From Candidatus Zhuqueibacterota bacterium (GTDB lineage: Bacteria > Zhuqueibacterota > Zhuqueibacteria > Residuimicrobiales > JAFGEC01), in contig JAFGEC010000512.1 in NCBI GenBank assembly GCA_016931775.1, forward strand, positions 460 to 64,459: 64,000 bases of DNA, in the 5' to 3' direction. Each line of letters starts with the position of its first letter. The first letter of the stretch is position 1. Made by a program: the position numbers and the translations under genes. The notes under the pieces are model-generated. The model was not told the DNA's origin and made no database searches. It saw nothing but the letters and a program-made list of their open reading frames with translations. Below, piece after piece: positions 40,861 to 49,800 of this stretch.

Positions 40861-43059
40861 TCATTGAATCAGTATGCTTATTTCCAGGTCCTTATTTAGG
40901 TTCACAATTTTACTTGTTCCACCCACTTGAACGGTATAGGGCGAACATAAATTCTTTTTCCCATGACGAAATTCATACTCCTTCAATGTCACTTTTACTA
41001 TTCCACTGGAATCCGTACTTTTTGTCAGAGTGTTTCCGTTTTTTCCCCGGATAAACACAGGAATTTCGGCCGGATATTGCCCGTTCGAATCGTATACTTT
41101 TATCGTCAACATCCAGGATACTGAAAAGTGATGAGCAGCATCGGTATAATCCACATTGAAATCCGAATCAAGCACCTTGTTTGAGACAAAAAAGATATTC
41201 TCGGCAACAATTCCGTCTCTTCCTTTCCAACCCATTCTAATCGGAGAATAACCGGCCGTGGAATCCGGTGTGAGTATTATTGTATTTCCGATAAATTTTG
41301 CATTTTTTGCGCTTCCGTAGGGAGATGCGATCCAGGCGGCCGACACATTTGTCGTTATACGATTCTTTTCCCATATCCCGCCCTCGTTGGCGCCGCCGAT
41401 ATAAATCGCAGCAGCTTCGGCTTTGGAACTCGGAGCTGTATGATTGACGAATATTTCATTGTCATAGATATACGTCTCCCCGCCGCTCACACTGTGAAAA
41501 AACGCCCAAGCCATGGGTATATAATCCGGATATTGGGGATAATCTCTTCCCGTTATATAAAATTTATTTTTAAAAATTCGATTGTCCGCACATCCTCTTT
41601 CAGAACCCAGTTCGGCACTGTAATCCGCCACACGGATTGCGGTTGTACTGTATTCCTCATGACCATATTCACATGTGGGAGGAGATGCCTCAATAAAGAA
41701 TTCATTTTCGAATATCTGAATTCTTTTGTGGCGATAGATTTCCACACCGGATCCGATCTCCGGCTTAAATCGATTGTGATGGATTCGAGATCCGTCTCCC
41801 ATGGCCATCACACTGTAATGGTTGGTCACGGTCTGGCGATTGATAAAAAGGTTATTAAAAACATCCGAGTTCTCACCCATAATGGTGAGGCACCCCTGGC
41901 CCCCAATAATCTCACATTGGGAAACCATAGATGGTTGGGGACCACGCAGCACAACCGCATGTTCACTCACATGCCGGTTGATAATAAACGGCGTATCAAT
42001 TTCAAAACAACAATTGGTGATTTCCGCCTGGGGGACATCGACTGCGTTTGTGTTAATGCCGCTTGAAACGATTTTTACATTATCCAGAATAATTCTCACA
42101 CCCGGTGCCGTGGATTGGATACCCCAGGACAGAATAGCAGTAGTACCGTTTTTAATGACACCGTTTTTTATGGTAATGGTTCCATCACCTTCCACCCGGG
42201 CAATACCGTCTAACGGTTCGCTGAACGAGCCGTATTTCGTAAAATCAAAAAAAGCACAATGCCTGCCTGCATAAAGATCATCGTTTTGAGCAAACGGCAG
42301 CGTTTTCTCGACAATACCGATTCCGACATCCATGGCCGGACGCAGATCGATGTGGTCCACCAGGCAATCCGTTTCCGCACGTACCCGAATCCGGTACCGG
42401 CCGGTGGGACAACCGTGCATGTGCGCTGTGATAAATCCACCCCCGAGTCTCGGAGAACGGTTTATGGTAGGACAGCACCGGCGGGTGGAATCTCCCGTTG
42501 TTGAAAAGCATTCAATGGATCGGCCGTTTTCATCTTCAATAAAGAGACTGATTTTTTTGTCATGATGAGTCACACCGCACATGGCGAAGTAGGACCTATT
42601 GGCGATCGGCAGGTGGATATATTCCGAGACAATTTCATCGCCGGCAGACAATTGTAATAACTTTTCACCGATAAAAATTTGAACTTCGTCGGTTCGCTGA
42701 ATTTTGGCACCCGGTGCAAGCGAGGTGTCCCAATACTCAAGATCATTTTCAAAACCATAATTTGGAATGCGGCCGTAATCCGCGCCAGAATAAGTGATGG
42801 TATAACCGTTCAAATCAAGGGTCATATTTTTACCCAGGAAGATCGGACTACCGGGGCTTGATATATTTTGCACGAGCTGGTACGTTGTGTTGGGAACAGT
42901 GTAATTTCCCGGTGTAGAAACCGCCATCGCGCCGGGTTGGAGAGTTTGGGGCGTGACGGGGTGAAATACGGCTGCGGCTGGAGGGGGGATAAAGGTAAAA
43001 ATAACCAAATTGAGCAGGAGGACAAGGATCGTATTATTTCGGCGTTTTATTTTCATCAT
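40861..43059 (-). CDS. Secreted right-handed parallel beta-helix (pectate-lyase fold) protein, 732 aa, with no T9SS CTD
   Basis: Signal peptide MMKIKRRNNTILVLLLNLVIFTFIPPPAAA and repeated beta-helix turns (NxIxxN/GxxI). Its start ATG overlaps the stop of the upstream HNH gene (TAATG). Confidence 0.7.
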   Translation of the reverse strand: MMKIKRRNNTILVLLLNLVIFTFIPPPAAAVFHPVTPQTLQPGAMAVSTPGNYTVPNTTYQLVQNISSPGSPIFLGKNMTLDLNGYTITYSGADYGRIPNYGFENDLEYWDTSLAPGAKIQRTDEVQIFIGEKLLQLSAGDEIVSEYIHLPIANRSYFAMCGVTHHDKKISLFIEDENGRSIECFSTTGDSTRRCCPTINRSPRLGGGFITAHMHGCPTGRYRIRVRAETDCLVDHIDLRPAMDVGIGIVEKTLPFAQNDDLYAGRHCAFFDFTKYGSFSEPLDGIARVEGDGTITIKNGVIKNGTTAILSWGIQSTAPGVRIILDNVKIVSSGINTNAVDVPQAEITNCCFEIDTPFIINRHVSEHAVVLRGPQPSMVSQCEIIGGQGCLTIMGENSDVFNNLFINRQTVTNHYSVMAMGDGSRIHHNRFKPEIGSGVEIYRHKRIQIFENEFFIEASPPTCEYGHEEYSTTAIRVADYSAELGSERGCADNRIFKNKFYITGRDYPQYPDYIPMAWAFFHSVSGGETYIYDNEIFVNHTAPSSKAEAAAIYIGGANEGGIWEKNRITTNVSAAWIASPYGSAKNAKFIGNTIILTPDSTAGYSPIRMGWKGRDGIVAENIFFVSNKVLDSDFNVDYTDAAHHFSVSWMLTIKVYDSNGQYPAEIPVFIRGKNGNTLTKSTDSSGIVKVTLKEYEFRHGKKNLCSPYTVQVGGTSKIVNLNKDLEISILIQ

Positions 43060-43700
43060 TAAATCTTCGCCCCCTTTTCCCTGTTGCACCTCAGACAAAG
43101 CACCTGCAGATTTTGCACTGATGTGGCTCCACCCTGCGAAATGGGTATAATATGATCGAACTGCAAGTTTTCCTTTGAGCCGCAATTGACACAGCATCCA
43201 CCATCCCGCCGCCATACTTCACTGCGGATGGCCTCCGGTATCGGTTTGCGGCTGGTCTGTTCATAAGGTAATGGAGCGGGCGGAGTTTTGAAAACCAGGT
43301 TCGGTTCAATCGGCGGTGAGTTGGGAATACTGTAGTATTGTTTCGTCATCTCATGAATATCATGAAATATTTCTAAAACGATATCTGTACCGGGTGCGCC
43401 GGCAGGGGCATGCATTTTTTTATCGCAATAGACACACCGGTAATATACCGATCTGGCATTGGGGCTGATTTCCAATAGCTGCATGGAGAACTCGTGGCAT
43501 CTGGAGCATGGCTGAACCAGATACCGCTGTTCGACCAGTGAAATGAGATAATCCGATGCATCCTGTATGTTTTTAAGGAGGAACTTTCGTCTCCGGTAGC
43601 GACTCGTGTAGACGTAGATAAGAACCACAAAAAACAAAACAATTGAGCTTGATATGATAATCCACTCCACCGCACCATCCTCAATTAAGCTAAATAACAA
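43059..43700 (-). CDS. Membrane-anchored HNH endonuclease (N-terminal TM helix, CxxC...CxxC zinc ribbon, C-terminal HNH)
   Basis: TM segment IIISSSIVLFFVVLIYVY, then CSRCH...CVYCDKK, then the HNH motif CCVNCGS...LQFDHIIPISQGG...NLQVLCLRCNREKG. Confidence 0.75.
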   Translation of the reverse strand: MLFSLIEDGAVEWIIISSSIVLFFVVLIYVYTSRYRRRKFLLKNIQDASDYLISLVEQRYLVQPCSRCHEFSMQLLEISPNARSVYYRCVYCDKKMHAPAGAPGTDIVLEIFHDIHEMTKQYYSIPNSPPIEPNLVFKTPPAPLPYEQTSRKPIPEAIRSEVWRRDGGCCVNCGSKENLQFDHIIPISQGGATSVQNLQVLCLRCNREKGAKI

Positions 43701-44059
43701 AAACGTCTATCGAGAAAATTTCAAAATTATCTGGATCCTTTTCGTATTCTTCGTGAATCCGCGGGATACAGCGTTGAACACTTTGGACTTTGTTTATAAA
43801 AACATCGTTCATACCGGATACGCTTTGCCCGTTTTTTAAAAGTCTTTTAGACTTTCTTTTCTTTCTTCATTGAGTTTTTGATAAAACGATATAATCAACA
43901 CTTAAATTTCTTCTGGCTTTTGTTATTAATATAAATTAATCAAAAATAATCGATTTTACAAGCTGTAATTAAAATCGTTGATGAGCCTATTTTTTAATTG
44001 TTTTTTACAACCTTTTTCAAAAAACTTTGTATATACTATAAACACTGACGGAGTAAATT

Positions 44060-45430
44060 TTGAAATTTTTCTTAAACATCGACATATTCCTTCAGGCTCA
44101 AAGCGATCGAAAAACCAGACATTCGCTATTCGAGGCCATATGGAATTATTACTATGGACGATTGACTGTGTTTGTTCAAAAAAGTTGTGGAACGGACCCG
44201 GAGGATATAGTACAGGAGATATTGCTAAAAGTATATGACAATCTTGATAAATACAAGCCTTTTTATTCTTTTAATACATGGATTTACACCATTGCCAGAA
44301 ATTATTGCATCAATCAGTACCGGAAGAAAAAAATCGATCAACGACCACTGGAAGAAACGGCTCCGTATGATCTCCCGCAGGATGAAAAGAACAATCCGGA
44401 AAGCTTATACATCGCGCACGAGGAGACCGCCCGGATCGAAGAAATTTTACGTCAAATGGAGCCCGATCTGTATCAGATTGCATTTTTACGTTTTTTTGAA
44501 AAATTAAAATACCGTGAGATTGCCAGAATAGAACAAAAGCCGGTGGGAACCATCAAAGCACAGGAAAAGAACCATAGAGAGTTCAGAGTTCACCCTGCCT
44601 TATTTTTCCTTGAATTGTATTTTTTTATTTCCTATTTTTCCGGTAATAATTTACAAAAGGGTATCAATTTTAAAACATCGGAGGGTATCATGAGATTTAA
44701 ACTGTTCTTGAGCATTTTATTATTTGGTCTTGCAACATGTCTTTCCGCTCAATCGGATTTTGTGTTCGGTATCAAGCCGGGTAACACCGTCAATTCCGCT
44801 TATTTTGGATTAAAAATGGATAACCTCGTCCCTATGGTCGGCGTCGATGTGGTCTGGCTCACCGCTTCCGGCAAATATACTGACACGAGTGAGGATCAGT
44901 GGAATTCTTATTATGATGGAACGAATTACAAGCAGAAAACGGTCAGCAGCATTGATATGGAAGGCAGTGCGCTACTGCTGATTCCTCACATCGGTGCTAA
45001 ATACTTTCTGGGCAGTGGTGACGTTAAACCTTATTTTTTCGGTAATGCGTTTTTTTCCATGCCATCCGTTAAAATGGAATCCAGTTGGAAAGACGAATCA
45101 TGGTATTATGAAGATAACCGTCAGGTCGATCACGATACCGATAAAGGATCTGAGGATCTGGATGAAGAGACTGAGGATATTATCAAAGATGTGCTCGGAT
45201 TTTGGGGAATTACAATCGGCGGTGGCGCAGAATACTTCTTCAGTGAGAGATTCAGCATCGGTGGAGAGTACGGTATCAGGCTTTTGTTTAATTCGGTGAA
45301 CATTTCCGGTGAATCGGGTGATTCCGATCCCAATGGATATGGACAATCCTATCGCAATGAATGGGAGGGTGAATTGTCTGCAAGTTTAAGGGTGACATAC
45401 GCTGTGGTTTCATTGAATTTTTACTTTTAG
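44060..45430 (+). CDS. ECF (sigma-70 family) sigma factor reading in-frame, with no stop, into a signal-peptide-bearing outer-membrane beta-barrel-like protein. The ECF part is about 44060-44650; the barrel part is 44689-45430 with its own RBS. TTG start.
   Basis: Region 2 is ...DPEDIVQEILLKVYDNLDKYKPFYSFNTWIYTIARN... and region 4 is ...FLRFFEKLKYREIARIEQKPVGTIKAQ.... After GGAGGG-tatc-ATG comes MRFKLFLSILLFGLATCLSAQS and a beta-rich 245-aa domain ending ...LNFYF. No in-frame stop separates the two parts. Confidence 0.6.
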   Translation: MKFFLNIDIFLQAQSDRKTRHSLFEAIWNYYYGRLTVFVQKSCGTDPEDIVQEILLKVYDNLDKYKPFYSFNTWIYTIARNYCINQYRKKKIDQRPLEETAPYDLPQDEKNNPESLYIAHEETARIEEILRQMEPDLYQIAFLRFFEKLKYREIARIEQKPVGTIKAQEKNHREFRVHPALFFLELYFFISYFSGNNLQKGINFKTSEGIMRFKLFLSILLFGLATCLSAQSDFVFGIKPGNTVNSAYFGLKMDNLVPMVGVDVVWLTASGKYTDTSEDQWNSYYDGTNYKQKTVSSIDMEGSALLLIPHIGAKYFLGSGDVKPYFFGNAFFSMPSVKMESSWKDESWYYEDNRQVDHDTDKGSEDLDEETEDIIKDVLGFWGITIGGGAEYFFSERFSIGGEYGIRLLFNSVNISGESGDSDPNGYGQSYRNEWEGELSASLRVTYAVVSLNFYF

Positions 45431-45509
45431 ACGGAATAAATTTTTGTTCAGCCGTGTTCTATTAATTGAACAGAAAGAAACATTCGTTTCCGTCTCTCCT
45501 CCTTGTCAT

Positions 45510-45537
45510 AAAAGCCCGATCGAAAGATCGGGCTTTT
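45510..45537. terminator. Bidirectional rho-independent terminator between convergent genes
   Basis: AAAAGCCCGATC-gaaa-GATCGGGCTTTT; the stem is flanked by A-tract on the 5' side and T-tract on the 3' side on both strands. Confidence 0.6.
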
Positions 45538-45572
45538 ATGCTTAGGCCTGTGAGCAGAGTAGGGAATAGTTC

Positions 45573-46559
45573 TTAATTGGTGTAAAGCCAACGGGCGTAG
45601 TAGTAACCCTTTCCGGCCTCGCTTGCCGTCCAGCGACCCTTATATTGACCTCTGGTTATATTTTTCTCGATCCACACGCCTTGAATGGCCCCGGCTCCTA
45701 TTTCTTCTCTTGTGTAGGTTCCTCTCATGAAGCCGATAAAATGGCCGTCAATCGCGATTATTTTACCGTGCATGACCTGGCGTCCGTCTTTGGTAACGCC
45801 CCATATTCCTTTCACGTGACCGCGTAATTGTGAGCTGTGGTCGACCCATTTACCCCAGAATCGGCCCCGGTTGCTTTGCGCTGAATCCGCTTTGACCCAA
45901 CGGCCTTCAAGAAAGCCGCCGTCGATCGGTGCAACCGTATTGCTCTGGGAGATAATGGAGATTTCATGGCCTTGTTCGGTAACGCTTTCCAGCAACTCGA
46001 GGGCTTCAAGTTCGCTGAAGGTAAACGTACCGGAATATTGATCGGTTTCAATCACTAACTGTCCATCGGTTTGTATGCTTTCGGGGACCACGATGACCAG
46101 CAATATACCATCAAAATGCGGACGGACAGTGGATGTCCAACTGACCGTTTGCGGATCGGTGCGCGGCAGAATGAATTGATCGCCGGTCAATTTTTCGAAA
46201 TGGATTGTGCGGCGGACACCCAGTAAACCCTGTGTGACCGAAGCCGTACCGTTAAAACTGACCACGGTGGCGGCAGTTGAATCGTATTTCAGCAAACCCC
46301 AGACAATACGTACAAAATAAACATCCATAGAATCTGTGTTCAGCGATGCTGTGAGATATGGATCGTTTACGTACTCATCATCCTGAAAGTCTTCGAACAA
46401 TTCGGATTCACCGAAAACCGGTTTTTCATCGGATGTGGTAAATCCGCCGTTTTCGAGTTCCAGCGGATCCGTCATGACGGATTCCGGTTCGGTGGGTGAT
46501 TCTGAACACGCCGTCAAAAGGCTGAAAACAATAATGGGAATCATCAAATAAAATTTCAT
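45573..46559 (-). CDS. Hypothetical lipoprotein (328 aa) with a Gly/Trp-rich repeat C-terminus
   Basis: Lipobox LLTAC after MKFYLMIPIIVFS. AGGAGA RBS. Confidence 0.6.
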   Translation of the reverse strand: MKFYLMIPIIVFSLLTACSESPTEPESVMTDPLELENGGFTTSDEKPVFGESELFEDFQDDEYVNDPYLTASLNTDSMDVYFVRIVWGLLKYDSTAATVVSFNGTASVTQGLLGVRRTIHFEKLTGDQFILPRTDPQTVSWTSTVRPHFDGILLVIVVPESIQTDGQLVIETDQYSGTFTFSELEALELLESVTEQGHEISIISQSNTVAPIDGGFLEGRWVKADSAQSNRGRFWGKWVDHSSQLRGHVKGIWGVTKDGRQVMHGKIIAIDGHFIGFMRGTYTREEIGAGAIQGVWIEKNITRGQYKGRWTASEAGKGYYYARWLYTN

Positions 46560-46756
46560 CTTTGGTCTCCTAAATTGGTTTTGATGAATAACTGATCGCC
46601 TGGGTTTCAGCAAGGAACGGGCCAGAAAAAGGGTTTTCGTAAGTAATATTAAGTTTTTTATTGACTTATATTGTTTTTTTGGGGATGGTAAGAAAAAAAA
46701 GTGTACCGGCATGTGCGGAATGGTGAACGGTTTGTACCGGAGGGTACAAGTTCAAA

Positions 46757-46790
46757 GAACAATGATCAATGAACAATGATCATACTTTTT
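46757..46790. repeat. Tandem copies of the 13-mer TGAACAATGATCA (contains an ATGATCAT palindrome); also present at 60595-60625
   Basis: gaacaatgatcaatgaacaatgatcatac seen directly. A third copy, tgaacaatgatcagcgaatagtgatca, lies downstream of the alkD-like gene. Confidence 0.5.
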
Positions 46791-46815
46791 ACGCATTGTA
46801 CTCTGAAAAAATAGT

Positions 46816-49800
46816 CTACTTAACCAGCAGCATCTTGCGCGTTTCCGAGTAATCCCCAGCCTGAAAACGGATAAAATATATGCCGTTACCGCCGAGTTTA
46901 CCGCCGGCGAGACAGCCGTTCCATTGGATGCTGTGGTAACCGGCCGGCTGCCGCGCATCGACAAGAGTGACTACTTGCTGCCCAAGCATATTGTATACCT
47001 TAATGGTCACTTTTTCGGGAATGGGCAGCTGATAGCGGACCGTGGTACCGGTTTGTCCGTCGAGTCGGCTCGAGAACGGATTCGGGTAATTCTGGTGCAG
47101 TGCGTAGCGGTCCGGAACACCGTCCGTATCGGGTGTTTGAATACCGGTTTCGCCGACCCGGAAGGTCACGGGTATGGTGAAAGAATGGTTTGTCGGATCG
47201 TTGTTTTGTACGCTAATATTGGTTGTATAAATTCCGGGCTGAAGCTCAGAGGCATCGAACGTGACAGGGATCGATACCAAAGGATTTGAACCTGTGCGGT
47301 CAAAGTACCTGTCAAACGAAAGCCACGGGGAACCGGAAACCGTAAAGGGAATCGATATAAATTCTCCTCTGGGAGCATAGTCATAAATTCTTGATTCTTT
47401 GTCGGTTAATACACAAAGCATACGAAGAGTGTGCGGATTTCCGATTTGCTCCAAACGAAGACCGAACAAAAGCATCTGCTCCTCGGAATTCCAATCCATG
47501 TAACGGGGCTGGCTATAGCCGGATATCGGCCTGAATTCGTTATGCCCGGGAGACCACTGCACGATGTATGCTGAAAGCCCTTCGTATAGAAATAAATAGT
47601 CCGCACCCAGGTCGCTTACAGTTAATCCGGTGTCGCTGTTAAAATCCGTATCAAAAAACAGAAAATACTGTATTGCATCGCCGTCCGCTTCGGTGATCAG
47701 ATGTTTGAAATATAAATCCGATTGATTTTTATGAATGTATAAATTTCGCAGGGCAGGGAGACTGCCGTCAACGGATTCCTGATGATATAAAATTTTCCAA
47801 TCGTCGGGCTCCGGTTGTCGGTCGACCGGTGTAGCTTCCTCCGTGTGGGGTAACAGTACGGACATGGTTTTCAGAACGGTTGAAACATCTATAGGCTGAT
47901 TAGATAACGGTGTTCCGGCGCCGCCGGATTCGTAGATAAAAAATTCTAAAATCCCATTATTGGTGTTTATTAAGAATAAAGTGTCCTGGGTAATTTCTCC
48001 GGCAGGTACAGAAACATACAAAGAATCGTTTGCGGATATTCGCGGTGAATAGAGCTCAAAATCCAGCATTTGCCGCCCGTCGAGTTTTACACGGATTTCC
48101 GCACTTTGTGTATAATTTTCGGCCCATGCTGTGAGGATATAATCGTCCTGAGGCAGGGCCATTGTAAAAAATCCACTGGAATCCGCCAGTTTTGCGCCAA
48201 AATTGTTATTCCCGCCGGTCAAATAACTGACCACTTGCCGCCACAGGACAATACCCGGTACTCCCTCGCCGTCCGCCGCATCAGTAATCCTGCCGGACAC
48301 GCAATAACTATAGACAATGGTTATAAAAAATCGGCCGGTGAAAACACTCCCGCTGGCATCGGTCATTTTCACCTCAAAGGAAACCTGATGATCGTGCTGT
48401 ACCGAAGGGGAAACATGGACGCTCAGATGTTCCTGTGTGAACACTGTAGACCGTACATCGATGCGGTCCAAGACGATGGTTGAGTCTATGACAGTCACCG
48501 ATGTGTCGGTTGTCGATAAACAGATTTTTACATCTTCTGCGGCCAAATCACCGGTATTCTCGATCTGCAGATAAATATTCAGGTTTTCTCCGGGATTGGC
48601 ATAACCGTCTCCGTTACCCGCACCGGTTTGCGAACTGTCGTCGTCTATCACTGTCGAATTCAGGCCCAGCAGAGGACGAATGTCCAGAGGAGCGCCGTTA
48701 AACCACTCCAGGACATCCTGGATAAAAAGCGAACGGCTTTGGGGCGGGATAATTGTTTCGAGTTTGAAAGAACAGTAGACCAGTTTATAAGTATCCGTTT
48801 GCACACCCAGTGCTGCGGTACCGGAAGATTGAATGGTTCCCGTGCCGGTTCCCGGTTTATAATGAAGAACAGGAAATGCCGGTTCTATGGGATCGATTTC
48901 AGTAGGCCAGATGTTTTCATCGGCATCCAGCAAAATATCCATGTCGGTTACCGGATTGCCGTCAGTATGCTCCAGGCCGAATAGCTGGGTCTGGATGCCG
49001 GCAAATGCGGCGTGGAGATAATCGGTATAAAACGGGCTGTTGCGCAGGTGATAGCCGATAAATTCACCGGATAACAGCAGATTACCGCCGTCGTCCAGGT
49101 AGCCGCCTATTAATTCCTGCTCCGCCGAAGAGAGGTTGTTCCGGCCGGCACTGCCGCAATACCAGATGACCGATTTATAATTCATCAGTTGTTCACGGCT
49201 GATGGATTCACCGGTGTTGTTATCCCATAAAACCAATTGGATGCCTATCTCCTGAGCCGCAGCGATATATCTGCTGGAAATATCGGTTTCCCCGTCATCG
49301 GCAACCAGCAAGATCGGTTCCTGACTCAGCAGGATATAAACCGGTACAGATCGTGTATAATATCCCGCGCCCTCCGAGATGTTGAGGTGGAATTCTACCC
49401 TGTGTGGCAATGCAGAAGGAGAGATTGTTAAAATCCACGGATCAAGCGAGTTATCCCCGCTTGTCTGTTTTTCAATAGCGGGAAACACTGAAGTGTCTTT
49501 CGTGATCTGGATATCCGGGTCTGTTGTGGAAAGGATGACGGAAATGTCCCGTGCAACACGCTTTCCGGAATTGAAAAGATTGACCGTTAACTGACATGTT
49601 TCACCCGGATCGGCCGCCTGGTTACCGTTACCGGCAATCTCAAAAAGCTGTTGTGAGCTGGCGTACAGCTCAGGCTGTTCCACCTTGATGTGAATGAAAT
49701 TTTCCCAGCTATGACTTGCATCGTCGCGAATGATCAATTTCAGGATAAAAAGATGGTCTGCAGGTGTATTGCTGCTGATATCCAATTGATAGGTAACGGG

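Noticed and set aside
43059-43215. Upstream start (ATG at 43215) for the beta-helix protein, giving a 52-aa N-terminal extension
   Set aside because: The extension would overlap the HNH gene out of frame. The internal MMKIKRR... Met is followed by a textbook signal peptide and overlaps the HNH stop in a TAATG coupling arrangement.
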